Shown here piece after piece: positions 9,620-20,014 of a stretch of 64,000 nt of DNA (within the stretch, counting starts at the first letter, position 1; the number at the start of each line of letters is the position of its first letter). This stretch comes from an uncultured Chloroflexia bacterium (lineage in GTDB: Bacteria; Chloroflexota; Chloroflexia; QHBQ01; JADMIH01). The stretch spans positions 192,001 through 256,000 of the forward strand of contig CAWCNY010000005.1 of assembly GCA_963797095.1 (NCBI GenBank). The letters run 5' to 3'. The notes under the pieces are model-generated. The model searched no databases. It was not told the origin of the DNA and saw only the letters and a list, made by a program, of their open reading frames with translations. A program made the position numbers and the translations under genes.

Positions 9620-10654
9620 TCACTGCGGCCGGCTTGTGGGGTCGTCGGCGGGTAGATCCAGGGCGTGTTTGAAGAAACCATTGACGCGCCGCCTGTATTC
9701 ATCGCTGGCAACCTCCGGAGCTCGCGCATGCTCACAATTGGGCACCATCCATAGCTCCTTAGGCCCTTGAAGGGCGGCATAAATACGGCGTGCCGAGCGT
9801 GGATCGGTGAGCATATCGTCGGCACCGTGAATGACGAATACCGGCCGGTTGCCTAAATGGTGAGCGGATTTCTCGGGGTTTATGTCGGAGGCTTTGACAT
9901 GCATCATGGTTTCGGCAAACCAGACGATCATCGGTGCGAACAAGGTGGCGGGCGAGCCGACGAAAGCGCGGAGTCCGGGCTGGATCATATCGGCCACATT
10001 GGCATAAGAGGAGTCCGAAACAACAGCTTTGATATGGGGGTCGTTCTCGGCAGCGAGGATAGCAGTAGCAGCGCCCATTGATACGCCAAGCGCACCCAGG
10101 CGGTCCGCGTCCACATCGGCGCGCCCGCCAACGTAGCGAACAGCGTCCATCAGATCCCATTTCTCCCGGTAGCCCAGCGTTACAGGGCGACCTCGCCGTA
10201 AGCCGCTCCCCTGCATATCGAACATGAAGGATGCAAAGCCTCCCGCGTGCACAATGGGGGCATAATAGGCCATTTGCTCCTTGTAGCCCGCATACCCGTA
10301 GACAAGCAGGATGGCGGGCCAGGGCTTGGGGGCGGAAGCAGGTCCTGGGACGAACCATCCGCCGATCTTGCCGCCATCGCGAGAGGCGAATTCTACATAT
10401 TCGGGTTTGACACCGGGCAGATCAAGTTCCAGTTGGCCGGGTTGAGGACCAACCGCAGCGGCTGGGCTTGCCGGGTATATTACGCGCCTGGCGGCCCAGT
10501 AGGGGAACCCACCGAACACTAGTCCTGCGATCCCCAGAGTCGCTAGACCGAGCTTGCCGCGCAGTCGCCCACCCAATCGTGGCGGCAAAACACCGCCTGT
10601 TCCTTCGTCCCAGGGTTCAAGGCGCGTGTCGGCCCACCGCACCGAATTTTCCAT
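9620..10654 (-). CDS. Alpha/beta hydrolase with N-terminal membrane anchor
   Basis: Nucleophile motif GVSMG, HGADD and C-terminal His (NCEH); TM segment near residues 35-55. Confidence 0.85.
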   Translation of the reverse strand: MENSVRWADTRLEPWDEGTGGVLPPRLGGRLRGKLGLATLGIAGLVFGGFPYWAARRVIYPASPAAAVGPQPGQLELDLPGVKPEYVEFASRDGGKIGGWFVPGPASAPKPWPAILLVYGYAGYKEQMAYYAPIVHAGGFASFMFDMQGSGLRRGRPVTLGYREKWDLMDAVRYVGGRADVDADRLGALGVSMGAATAILAAENDPHIKAVVSDSSYANVADMIQPGLRAFVGSPATLFAPMIVWFAETMMHVKASDINPEKSAHHLGNRPVFVIHGADDMLTDPRSARRIYAALQGPKELWMVPNCEHARAPEVASDEYRRRVNGFFKHALDLPADDPTSRPQ

Positions 10655-10777
10655 ATCTTGACTCCTGATTGTCTTCCTGCAAGCGGCTAATCTGCCTAAT
10701 ACATAGTAGCATATTGCTAAAGCATGTTACAGGCCATTGACGTGTAATTGATCGCGAACAACGATATTCCACGCACA

Positions 10778-10806
10778 TTGACATACAATAGTAAAGGCAG
10801 TACCAT
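10778..10806 (+). promoter_or_regulatory. sigma70-type promoter for mrp
   Basis: TTGACA-17 nt-TACCAT in an AT-rich divergent intergenic region. Confidence 0.6.
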
Positions 10807-10895
10807 AAATGGGATCCCTCCGTAGCTGCGCGGGTTATGCTCGCCAAACAAGATACGCACAATAAATTCACGTACATCAAAGGAAGGTATTAGCT

Positions 10896-11993
10896 ATGCC
10901 CCTGACAAAAGAAGAAATCTTGCGGGCGTTGAGCGTGGTCAAGGACCCCGACCTGGGGCGCGACCTTGTGACCCTGGGCATGATCGAGAATGTGAACATC
11001 AGCCCTGATGGCGACATTGCATTCACGATCGTTCTGACCACCCCGGCCTGCCCGGTTAAAGAACAACTCAAAGAGCAATCTGAGCATGTGGTAAGCGTGC
11101 TGCCGGGCGTGCGCTCGGTGCAAGCTGAGGTAACTTCGCGCGTGCGCGCAGGCACTATGACGCAACGGGAGGGAATCCCCGGCGTACGCAATATCGTGGC
11201 TGTCGGATCGGGCAAGGGAGGCGTTGGCAAGACCACGGTGGCGGTCAATCTCGCTCTCAGCCTGGCGCGGGATGGCGCGAAGGTGGGACTGCTCGACGCC
11301 GATGTGTACGGCCCGAACGTGCCGCTAATGATGGGCGCGTCCGCCAGGCCGACCCAGGGCGCTGACGAGAAGATCAATCCTATTGAGGCTTACGGGATCA
11401 AGTTGATCTCCATGGGGTTCTTTATCGACGCCGATAGCCCGGTGATCTGGCGTGGCCCCATGTTGACCAAGCTGCTCACGCAGTTCATGTACGACGTGAA
11501 CTGGGGAGAGCTTGATTACCTGATAATGGACATGCCGCCCGGCACAGGCGATATTCAGTTGACTACGGCGCAATCGGTGCCGCTGACTGGCGCGGTGATG
11601 GTATCGACTCCACAGGACGTGGCGCTGCTGGACGCCAGCAAGGCGCTGATGATGTTCAAGAAGCTGAACGTTCCTGTGCTTGGTATCGTGGAAAATATGA
11701 GCATGTTCGTCTGCCCGCATTGCAACCAGCCGACCGATCTGTTTGGGCATGGTGGGGCACAGGTCGCCGCCTCCAAATATGCCGTACCCTTCCTGGGAGA
11801 GATACCGTTGCACCTGCGCATCCGCGAAGGTGGGGACAGCGGTCGCCCTGTTGTGGCCGACGCACCCGACACGCCCGAAGCCGAGGCGTTCATGCGTGTT
11901 GCCCGCAATCTGGCCGCCCAGGTGAGCGTGGTGGCCTACAAGCAGCAGGACGCCAAGCGCGGCGCACCGATGGCCTTCTTCAGCAAGAGATGA
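10896..11993 (+). CDS. mrp: Mrp/NBP35/ApbC Fe-S cluster carrier ATPase
   Basis: N-terminal DUF59 domain (LTTPACP), GKGGVGKTT, DADVYGP, WRGPM, DMPPGTGD and ENMS..CPHC. Confidence 0.94.
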   Translation: MPLTKEEILRALSVVKDPDLGRDLVTLGMIENVNISPDGDIAFTIVLTTPACPVKEQLKEQSEHVVSVLPGVRSVQAEVTSRVRAGTMTQREGIPGVRNIVAVGSGKGGVGKTTVAVNLALSLARDGAKVGLLDADVYGPNVPLMMGASARPTQGADEKINPIEAYGIKLISMGFFIDADSPVIWRGPMLTKLLTQFMYDVNWGELDYLIMDMPPGTGDIQLTTAQSVPLTGAVMVSTPQDVALLDASKALMMFKKLNVPVLGIVENMSMFVCPHCNQPTDLFGHGGAQVAASKYAVPFLGEIPLHLRIREGGDSGRPVVADAPDTPEAEAFMRVARNLAAQVSVVAYKQQDAKRGAPMAFFSKR

Positions 11994-12002
11994 GCACATA
12001 TC

Positions 12003-12123
12003 GCGTACTGCGTACTGCGTACTGCGTACTGCGTATTGCTTATTCAGTTGGAGAGAAAAGGTCCTTTCACCCATGGGGAACACATTTTTGCAGTGCGGAG
12101 TGCGGAGTACGCAGTACGCAATA
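12003..12123. repeat. Inverted heptamer tandem-repeat element
   Basis: (GCGTACT)x4 plus GCGTATT at 12003-12037, a spacer, then the complementary AGTGCGG/AGTACGC array at about 12092-12123. Confidence 0.85.
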
Positions 12124-12124
12124 G

Positions 12125-13393
12125 ATGATGCTTTCCGAAGATACAGCTACCAGCACAAATTCGCCGCTTGAGAGCGATCTTGAGACCAGCCTGGCCCCTC
12201 GTGAGGGGGAAGCGCTGTCGCTGCCGTTCGACCAGTACGGGCGAATGCGGATCGCGCAGAATCTGGCGCACATCCTCTATAGCGAGATCGTAAGACGGGC
12301 GGGGCACGGCGACGAGCGCTATCGCTTGCGTGTGCTGGACGTGGGCGGCTATCCCGGCAATCTGCGCCAGTTCCTGAACTCCGACCATTTTGATTTGACC
12401 GTGCTCGATGTGGTGCCGGACAACGGTACGATTCCAGGATATATTCAAGGCTCCGGCATGGAGCTACCATTCCCGGAGGGCGAGTTCGACCTGGTGTTCT
12501 CGCTCGACACACTTGAGCATATCCCCGGCCACGAGCGTTCGCGATTTCTTTCTGAAATCATGCGCGTGGCGCGGTTGGGAGTGGTGCTGATCAACCCGAT
12601 CCAATCGCTGCAAGCGGACTTAGCCGAGGAGACACTTGACGAGTATGTGCGTTGGCTGCTGGATGCGCAGCAGGAGCAGTTAGCCGAGCATAGAGCATTC
12701 GGATTGCCGGACTTCGCGGCCACCGCCGAAGCGTTCAGCGTGGAGGGGTGGCAGACGCACACCTTTAAGCTGGCGAATGTATACAACTGGCTTTTCATGA
12801 TGATCGCCAAGCACTACCTCCTTTCGATGCGCGACGAGCGGGCGGCGGCGTTTGAGCGAGCGTTGGATAGGTATTACAATCTCACGTTCTTTGAGACCGA
12901 CCGCTCGGAACCTGCGTACAGGGGAGCGGTAGTGGCAGTGCGGCCAGGGTTGGAGCAGGCGCTGAGCCTCATCGAGGAGGCGTATCCGCCGGTCCTTGAG
13001 CAGGAGAGCTCAAACACCACGCGCGTCGCACTTACGGAAGTGCTGATGAACCTGCTCAACCTGAAGGCGGCCAACCACGAGGACAGGCTGCTTCGGGACC
13101 AGATGGAGCGGCGCGACCGCCACATCGCGGGGCTGGAGACGCGAGTGGCGACGCAGGATATACAGATCGAGACGCTGAACGCGCAGGTTGCGAAACTTGA
13201 AGAGCACATACGTATCCTCGAAGCAACATACAAAGAAGAATTCGCCAACCAGGGCGCGTATATCCAACGGCTGGAAGAAGATGTCAAGAGCAAGGATGAA
13301 CATATCTTGTATCTTGAGCGGCTTCTGAAGGGGATAGAAGCGGGGCGGGTGTTCCGCGTGACCCGCACAGTTTCGCGTTTTCTCAAGAAGTAG
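12125..13393 (+). CDS. SAM-dependent methyltransferase with C-terminal coiled coil
   Basis: Motifs VLDVGG, LPFPEGEFDLV and DTLEHI; heptad-rich helical tail (RDRHIAGLETRV...IQRLEEDV). Confidence 0.8.
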   Translation: MMLSEDTATSTNSPLESDLETSLAPREGEALSLPFDQYGRMRIAQNLAHILYSEIVRRAGHGDERYRLRVLDVGGYPGNLRQFLNSDHFDLTVLDVVPDNGTIPGYIQGSGMELPFPEGEFDLVFSLDTLEHIPGHERSRFLSEIMRVARLGVVLINPIQSLQADLAEETLDEYVRWLLDAQQEQLAEHRAFGLPDFAATAEAFSVEGWQTHTFKLANVYNWLFMMIAKHYLLSMRDERAAAFERALDRYYNLTFFETDRSEPAYRGAVVAVRPGLEQALSLIEEAYPPVLEQESSNTTRVALTEVLMNLLNLKAANHEDRLLRDQMERRDRHIAGLETRVATQDIQIETLNAQVAKLEEHIRILEATYKEEFANQGAYIQRLEEDVKSKDEHILYLERLLKGIEAGRVFRVTRTVSRFLKK

Positions 13394-13406
13394 CTGCGCA
13401 CCGTAA

Positions 13407-16400
13407 TTGAACAAGAGCACTAATGACCAAACGTTGAGCAATCCTCAATCCCACAATACAAATCCAATAAGTGAATTGCCAGCGGTGAGCGTGGTGGTTC
13501 TCAATTACAACGGGCTGAAGCACCTTGAGCCTTGCTTTTCCTCCCTGCTCGCCCTCGACTACCCGGCTGACCGCCTCGAATTGATGCTTGTGGATAACGC
13601 TTCTCACGATGAATTTGTCAAGTTCATGCGTGAGCGTTTCCCTGGTGTGCGCGTGGTCGAGGCAGAAAAGAACCTGGGGTTCGCTGCGGGGAACGATTAC
13701 GGGGCGGAGCAAGCTACTGGCGAGTATGTGGCGTTTCTCAATAACGATACCAGGGTCGAGCCGGATTGGCTGATCGAGATGGTCAAGGCGGTGCTCGCGG
13801 GGCGCGAGGATGGATTGGTCTGCACATCGTCGCTCATGCTCGACTGGACCGGCACAAAGATCGACTTCAAGACGAGCGGAGTCAATTTCCACGGCTTCGG
13901 GTTTCAGCCTTCGTACGGCAAGCTGTACAAGCCGGAGGAGATAGCCCCGCGCGACATACTCTTTTCTTGCGGCGGTTCCATGCTTATCGACCGCAAGATC
14001 TTCCTTGACATCGGCGGCTTTGACCCCGACTACTTCGCCTTCTTCGAGGATGTTGACCTGGGTTGGCGACTGTGGCTGCTCGGATATCGCGTGACCCTCA
14101 CACCGACGGCGATCACCTACCACCGCCATCACGGGACGGCGGGGAGTATGTCAGGGCACAGGACTTACGTCCTTTACGAGCGCAACGCCCTCTACACAAT
14201 ATACAAGAACTACGAAGAGGCGCACGTCCATACTCTTCTGAGCGCAGCCTTGATGCTGGTCGGCGGGCGCATGGTACGGTTCCTGGAGGCAGGCGGGTCC
14301 GATCTTTCGGACTTTGAGTGGAACAACCCGGAAAGCGATCCCGAACCCGATATGAACGTGCACAGGCAGGCCGTGGCTGGCTTGCTGGCTGTGAACGAGT
14401 TCATGGACAACCTGGGCAAGTTCCGAGAGAGGCGGGCGTGGCTACAGGCGAGGAGAGTGCGCAGCGACAAGGAATTATTCGCGCTGTTCGGGCAGCCCGG
14501 ACGGGTGAACTGGATCAACCACGTATCGGACGCTAAATATGCCACTACCCACTACGATCTGCTGGACCTGTTCGGGATCGGAGCGTTGTGGAGCGACCTC
14601 CCCAAAGAGGTATTGGTGATCAGCCCTGACGTGCTGCCCGTCGGCAATATCCCCGCCAGCGGATCGGGCATCCGCGCATGGGCGCTTGGCAAGGGGCTTG
14701 AAGGTGAGGGGCACCGCATCCACTACACGATGCCTGCTCCCGCCATCAAGGGGCGCGAAGGAAGCGTGCCTCAGGAATATGTGGATGGGGCGTGGACCCC
14801 TTCCAACCTGCAATCGATCATCGATGATCTTGTGCCGGATGTGATCGTGTCGTGCGGTTGGCCCAACCTGACCTGGACGCCACGCCTAAATGTGCCTGTG
14901 GCGGTGGACCTCACAGGCCCGCACCTCTTCGAGCGCGCGTACCAGGGCTACCGCGACACTCAGACCAACTCGAGGGAGAAGTTGGCCGCACTCGCCAAAG
15001 GAGATTATTTCACCTGCATAGGCGAGCGCCAGAAATACTATTTTGAGGCGTGGCTGGTGCAGGCGGGGATACCTGTGGAGCGACTTGGCGAGTTGCTCGC
15101 GGTAATACCTTACTCGGTGGACCCGCAATTGCCCAGGCACGATTGGCCGCAGGATTGGGGCGATACAGAGGTGCAGTTCGTGTACGGGGGAATATTCTTA
15201 CCCTGGCAGAACCCGGCGTCTGCCCTTATGACGGTGGCGCAAACACTCGAGGACCAGGGGCGCGGCGTTTTGGAGGTAATTGGAGGCAAGCACCCATTCT
15301 ACCCCGTGCACACCGGCGAGTATGGACCGCTTATCGAACGTCTTTCAAACTCCAGCCGGGTTCGGATGAGCGGCCTCTTGCCACATGATAAACTGGTCGG
15401 GCGGTATGCGCACGCGCACGTGGCGGTGGACGTGATGATGCCTAACGCCGAGCGTGAACTTGCCTTCCCAAGCCGCACCGTCAACTACTTTTGGTGCGGG
15501 CTACCCGTGATCCACCCTGCTTACAGCGAGGTCGCCGAATACATACGCCGCTACGAGGCGGGGTGGGTCGTCTCTCACAACGACCCGGAGGCGTTGCGGG
15601 AAGTCGTATTGAGTATACTGGCAAATCCTGGGGAAGCACGCCGTCGCGGGGAGAACGCCCAACGCCTTGCATCGGAGGTTTTCGGGTGGGGTAAGACCGG
15701 TGCCCCCCTAGCGAGATTCGTCAGCGGACCAACCATGCGCCATGAGCGGACCGAGACACGCCAGGCAGGAATGGCGGATACAGATGCCGAACAGAAGCAT
15801 CCTGGGCGTAAGCCAGTGCGGGCAAGCGCACCTGAGGGCTTCCTGATCTCGGATAGCTGGGACAAAAAGCTGCCGGAGAAGTTGGAGAGCGTGTACGGCA
15901 AGCGGCGGCGTCTCCCCGCGCAGCTTGGGGCACGGTCGCGCAGCCTGCTCAGGTCGCTGGTACCCGCGTTGACTGGCGATAGGCCAGCCGCCAGCAAGGG
16001 GGAGATGCGCTTCGCACTGCCGGAGCTGGTGGCGGGACACAGCCACGGGCAGCGCTTTTTCTGCCCGCGCAACGGCCTGTCGGGGATCCTGGTCGCACCT
16101 GCTACCTTCGGGCGGGCCAATACCTGCCGCCTGGTGCTCCACATACGCACCAACCCCGGCGCTGCTGCCGACCTGCACTCGGTCAATCTGCCCGCGCACG
16201 AGATCAAAGAAGGGCAACCGCTCGCCTTCCGGTTCCCTCCGCTGCCGGGTTCCGAGGGAAGGTGGTTCTACTTCGCAGCCGATTCGCCGGACGGCGTGCC
16301 GGGGGATGCGATTTCACTCTATGCGGCATCTCACGCTGAGGATATCCAGGCACAGCGCTATGAAGATGGGCTACCGGCCAGCGGCGCGCTGATCATGATC

Positions 16401-16415
16401 CTTGAGTTCAATTGA
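13407..16415 (+). CDS. Multidomain glycosyltransferase (GT2, GT4-like and a C-terminal beta domain)
   Basis: GT2 motifs VSVVVLNYNG, VDNAS, NLGFAAGN, FLNND and FAFFEDVDLGWR; the second half has a GT-B-like pattern. The start is uncertain. Confidence 0.85.
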   Translation: MNKSTNDQTLSNPQSHNTNPISELPAVSVVVLNYNGLKHLEPCFSSLLALDYPADRLELMLVDNASHDEFVKFMRERFPGVRVVEAEKNLGFAAGNDYGAEQATGEYVAFLNNDTRVEPDWLIEMVKAVLAGREDGLVCTSSLMLDWTGTKIDFKTSGVNFHGFGFQPSYGKLYKPEEIAPRDILFSCGGSMLIDRKIFLDIGGFDPDYFAFFEDVDLGWRLWLLGYRVTLTPTAITYHRHHGTAGSMSGHRTYVLYERNALYTIYKNYEEAHVHTLLSAALMLVGGRMVRFLEAGGSDLSDFEWNNPESDPEPDMNVHRQAVAGLLAVNEFMDNLGKFRERRAWLQARRVRSDKELFALFGQPGRVNWINHVSDAKYATTHYDLLDLFGIGALWSDLPKEVLVISPDVLPVGNIPASGSGIRAWALGKGLEGEGHRIHYTMPAPAIKGREGSVPQEYVDGAWTPSNLQSIIDDLVPDVIVSCGWPNLTWTPRLNVPVAVDLTGPHLFERAYQGYRDTQTNSREKLAALAKGDYFTCIGERQKYYFEAWLVQAGIPVERLGELLAVIPYSVDPQLPRHDWPQDWGDTEVQFVYGGIFLPWQNPASALMTVAQTLEDQGRGVLEVIGGKHPFYPVHTGEYGPLIERLSNSSRVRMSGLLPHDKLVGRYAHAHVAVDVMMPNAERELAFPSRTVNYFWCGLPVIHPAYSEVAEYIRRYEAGWVVSHNDPEALREVVLSILANPGEARRRGENAQRLASEVFGWGKTGAPLARFVSGPTMRHERTETRQAGMADTDAEQKHPGRKPVRASAPEGFLISDSWDKKLPEKLESVYGKRRRLPAQLGARSRSLLRSLVPALTGDRPAASKGEMRFALPELVAGHSHGQRFFCPRNGLSGILVAPATFGRANTCRLVLHIRTNPGAAADLHSVNLPAHEIKEGQPLAFRFPPLPGSEGRWFYFAADSPDGVPGDAISLYAASHAEDIQAQRYEDGLPASGALIMILEFN

Positions 16416-16478
16416 GATCCTTGTTCCTGGTTCGGGTTGTGGACAGTTCGACATATGGAACCTCACAGTAAGGATTAG

Positions 16479-17960
16479 ATGACCGATCTAGACCTGAAAA
16501 CTGATAGCATAGACTCAGTATTGCCAACTGTGGCGGTTGTTATCCCCACGCACAACAACCTGAGCCTGCTGTTGGAGTGCCTGGCATCCGTGCGCGGGCT
16601 GGACTACCCACGCGAACGGCTGGAAGTGATTGTCGTGGACAACGGTTCCACAGACAGAACGCAGGCTGTGCTTGCGAGCAAATATTCTCATATCAAAGCG
16701 GTTAGATTTGACACGAACACCGGATTTGCGCCCGCTTGCAATCGAGGGGCCGAGGAAGCTGAGTCCGAATTGGTGGCCTTCCTCAACAACGATGCCGTGG
16801 TCGATCCTGGCTGGCTTCGTGCCCTCCTGGCGGCACTGGAAGCGGGAGGTGAAGGGACGGTGTGCGCCGCCTCCACCATCCTTTCACGCGAAGGCGACGA
16901 AGTGGAGTTCGATGGCGCGGCCTCGAACCTGTTCGGAGCGGGGAGGCCGCGTTCGGTATGGGGCTGGCCCGATCTCCCGGCTCCTCCGACCACCGGGACG
17001 CCTGTACTTTTCGCATCTGGCGGCGCGATGCTTATCCGGCGGGACATATTCCTGGAGGTCGGGGGCTTCGACCCGGCCTATTTCGCCTATTTTGAGGATG
17101 TGGACCTCGGTTGGAGGTTGTGGGTGCTCGGATACCGGGTGGTTTACGCGCCGGAGGCCGTGGTGCGCCATATAGGCGGGGCTACAGGCAAGCGCACAGG
17201 TGTGCATCGCAGATATACGCTATGGGAGAGCAACGCGCTGGCGACCGTGCTCAAGAATTATGAGGGCGGCAACATGGAGCGCATATTATCGGCGGCTCTC
17301 ATGTTGGAATACAGGCGCGCCCTGCTGGCGGCTGGAGATGCCTTCGATGCGGGCGATTACCATCTGGGCGCACCGCCCGATACCAGCCATTCAAATATCG
17401 AGCGGCTACCAAAAGTGAGCGTGGCACACCTGGCAGGTGTGGCCCGGTTGAATTCCATGCTTCCCCACCTGATGAGCGAACGGAGACGGATCCAGGCGTC
17501 GCGCAAGAGGACTGATGCCGAGATTTTGCCGCTGCTGGGCAGGGCTTTCGAGCCTCAATTCGAGGGGAGCGCCTATGCTGAGGCTGCAAAGGCACTCTTT
17601 TCCGCGCTCGACTTATATGGCATTACCTGGGCTGCCGCGCCAAATCGGGTGCTGCTCGTAGGCATGCAGGACGATCTTCCCGCGTTGGAATCGCTCGCGA
17701 CCAGCCTGAAAGAGCGCTTGCTCGTCGCCATCGCGATTGTAGGCGGAGGGACCTCGGAGAGCGCGCCGATCTCCACGGATGGGTACACGGTGCACAGGCT
17801 GGCTGCAAATAATGAGCGACTGAGCATGCTGGTCCGATATGCTGACGCAATCGTTGCTTCTCCTCGTGGTGGAGAGCTGACTGAGGTTAAGTCGGCACCG
17901 ATTCCGATTGCGATCTGGAGCGCCAATGAAGGTCCGGCGGCAATCGAGCTTGGCATTTAG
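16479..17960 (+). CDS. Glycosyltransferase family 2, paralogous to the N-terminus of the upstream gene
   Basis: Motifs VVDNGSTD, NTGFAPACNRG, FLNND and YFEDVDLGWRLW. Confidence 0.88.
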   Translation: MTDLDLKTDSIDSVLPTVAVVIPTHNNLSLLLECLASVRGLDYPRERLEVIVVDNGSTDRTQAVLASKYSHIKAVRFDTNTGFAPACNRGAEEAESELVAFLNNDAVVDPGWLRALLAALEAGGEGTVCAASTILSREGDEVEFDGAASNLFGAGRPRSVWGWPDLPAPPTTGTPVLFASGGAMLIRRDIFLEVGGFDPAYFAYFEDVDLGWRLWVLGYRVVYAPEAVVRHIGGATGKRTGVHRRYTLWESNALATVLKNYEGGNMERILSAALMLEYRRALLAAGDAFDAGDYHLGAPPDTSHSNIERLPKVSVAHLAGVARLNSMLPHLMSERRRIQASRKRTDAEILPLLGRAFEPQFEGSAYAEAAKALFSALDLYGITWAAAPNRVLLVGMQDDLPALESLATSLKERLLVAIAIVGGGTSESAPISTDGYTVHRLAANNERLSMLVRYADAIVASPRGGELTEVKSAPIPIAIWSANEGPAAIELGI

Positions 17961-18018
17961 TCACCAATTCGCGCTGTGGTATACTCATCGTTGAGCACGT
18001 GCCTGTGAGAGGAGCGAT

Positions 18019-18576
18019 TTGGACAGGGAAAAGCTAATGACGGCTACCAGGCTGATCCTGGAGGCCATAGGAGAGGACCCGGACCGCGAGGGGTTGCGCG
18101 ATACACCCCGCCGCGTGGCCGACATGTACGCCGAGGTGTTTGAAGGATTAGCGGTCGATCCGAGCGACTATCTTGCGGTCGGCTTTGAGGAGCAGCATAA
18201 GGAGATGGTGATCCTGAAGGATATACCGTTCCATTCGATGTGCGAGCACCACCTTCTGCCCTTTATCGGCAAGGCTCACGTGGGCTACATACCAAATGGG
18301 CGGATCGTCGGTCTATCGAAACTGGCGCGTGTGGTTGAAGGGTTCGCTCGACGTCCGCAACTCCAGGAACGACTCACCAGCCAGATCGCGGACACAATCG
18401 TGGAGGCGGTCAACCCACGTGGGGTAGGTGTAGTGATCGAAGCGCAGCACATGTGCATGATAATCAGGGGCGTGAAAAAGCCGGGGAGCACGATGGTTAC
18501 TTCGGCGATGCGAGGCATCTTCCGCAACAACCCACCGACGCGGGCCGAGTTCTTGCACTTCATCCACGATCGATAG
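18019..18576 (+). CDS. folE: GTP cyclohydrolase I
   Basis: Motifs [41 protein letters not shown] and HMCM..RG. Confidence 0.96.
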   Translation: MDREKLMTATRLILEAIGEDPDREGLRDTPRRVADMYAEVFEGLAVDPSDYLAVGFEEQHKEMVILKDIPFHSMCEHHLLPFIGKAHVGYIPNGRIVGLSKLARVVEGFARRPQLQERLTSQIADTIVEAVNPRGVGVVIEAQHMCMIIRGVKKPGSTMVTSAMRGIFRNNPPTRAEFLHFIHDR

Positions 18577-18591
18577 GGAAAGACGCACGAC

Positions 18592-19449
18592 GTGGCTATC
18601 AGGCAGTTTGACATAGGTAAGCGCACTCTCATAGTGGGCATCATAAACGCCACACCCAACTCGTTCTCCGGCGATGGGCTGGGAGAGGATGTGGGTGCGG
18701 CGCTGGGCCAGGGTGCGCGTATGGTGGTCGAGGGCGCGGACATCCTCGATGTTGGCGGTCAGAGCACGCGGCCAGGCTCCGACCCTATTCCCGTAGAGGA
18801 GGAGTTGCGCCGCGTGATCCCGGCCATCGAGGGCTTGTCGGCCAACCACGGGGCAGAAATAGCGATTTCAGTAGACACCAACAGAGCAAGCGTGGCGGAA
18901 GAAGCCCTGCGTGCGGGCGCAAGCATCGTGAACGACATATCAGGCTTGCGAGACGACCCTGAGATCGCACAGGTGGCAGCAAAGTACGGCGCTGGCTTGG
19001 TGCTGATGCATATCCAGGGCACGCCACGAACGATGCAATTGAACCCCCACTATGACGACTTGTTAGGTGACGTGATCGCTTATTTGCGTGGGGGGATAGA
19101 GCATGCGCTGGAGGCTGGAGTGGCACGCGAGCGAATCTGGGTCGATCCGGGCATCGGCTTTGGCAAGACTATCGAGCACAACCTTGAGCTTCTGCGACGG
19201 CTTGGCGAACTGCGCGTGCTCGGCTGTCCCATACTGGTGGGCACGTCGCGCAAGGGGTTCATAGGGCGCATCCTGGCTCCATTGTACGGTGGCGACCCGC
19301 CACCCCCACAGGAGCGCGTGGTGGGTACGGGAGCCACCATCGCGATAAGCATCGCCAACGGCGCAGACGTGGTGAGAGTGCACGACGTTGCCCATGCGGT
19401 GCAGGTAGCGCGCGTGGCAGATGCTATCGTGCGAGGCAGGGACGCATAA
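18592..19449 (+). CDS. folP: Dihydropteroate synthase
   Basis: Motifs GIINATPNSFSG, DVGGQSTRPG, DPGIGFGK, GTSRK and VRVHDV. Confidence 0.95.
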   Translation: MAIRQFDIGKRTLIVGIINATPNSFSGDGLGEDVGAALGQGARMVVEGADILDVGGQSTRPGSDPIPVEEELRRVIPAIEGLSANHGAEIAISVDTNRASVAEEALRAGASIVNDISGLRDDPEIAQVAAKYGAGLVLMHIQGTPRTMQLNPHYDDLLGDVIAYLRGGIEHALEAGVARERIWVDPGIGFGKTIEHNLELLRRLGELRVLGCPILVGTSRKGFIGRILAPLYGGDPPPPQERVVGTGATIAISIANGADVVRVHDVAHAVQVARVADAIVRGRDA

Positions 19450-19946
19450 TGGCTCTCACTTACCTGGGACTAGGCTCCAACATGGACGATCCGCCCGCGC
19501 AAATGGAGCAGGCGATTGCGGCTATTGGGCGGCTGCCATCTACACGGATTTTCAGGCGTTCCCAGCTCTATGTCAGCAAGCCCTGGGGTAAGATCGACCA
19601 ACCGGACTTCCTCAATATGGTGATAGAGATAGAAACGGGGCTGCTGCCGCACACGCTTCTGAAACACTGCAAGCACATCGAAACTGAGCAGGGGCGCGTT
19701 GTGGGGGAGCTATGGGGGCCGCGACCCGTTGACATAGATATATTGTTGTATGGCAACCGGACACTGAGGACGGCCAGCCTGGTTGTGCCGCACCCGCATA
19801 TGTGGGATAGGGCGTTTGTGCTCCGGCCCCTTGCCGATTTGCGGCCCGATTTGCGAGGCCCAAACGGCTCGTCAATCACGACTTATCTCGCAAGCGAACC
19901 GATCTCATTGCAGGGCGTATGGCCTTTTGAGGAGCAGCACGATTAG
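19449..19946 (+). CDS. folK: 2-amino-4-hydroxy-6-hydroxymethyldihydropteridine diphosphokinase
   Basis: Motifs YLGLGSN, QPDFLN, WGPRPVDIDILLY and PHP.M..RAFVL.PL. Confidence 0.95.
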   Translation: MALTYLGLGSNMDDPPAQMEQAIAAIGRLPSTRIFRRSQLYVSKPWGKIDQPDFLNMVIEIETGLLPHTLLKHCKHIETEQGRVVGELWGPRPVDIDILLYGNRTLRTASLVVPHPHMWDRAFVLRPLADLRPDLRGPNGSSITTYLASEPISLQGVWPFEEQHD

Positions 19947-20014
19947 TCTGGAGCCGTCTGAGCGCCTGGAATTGCGCAAAGGTTCCGGTTGGATACTTAT
20001 AGAAAGCAGCGCTT

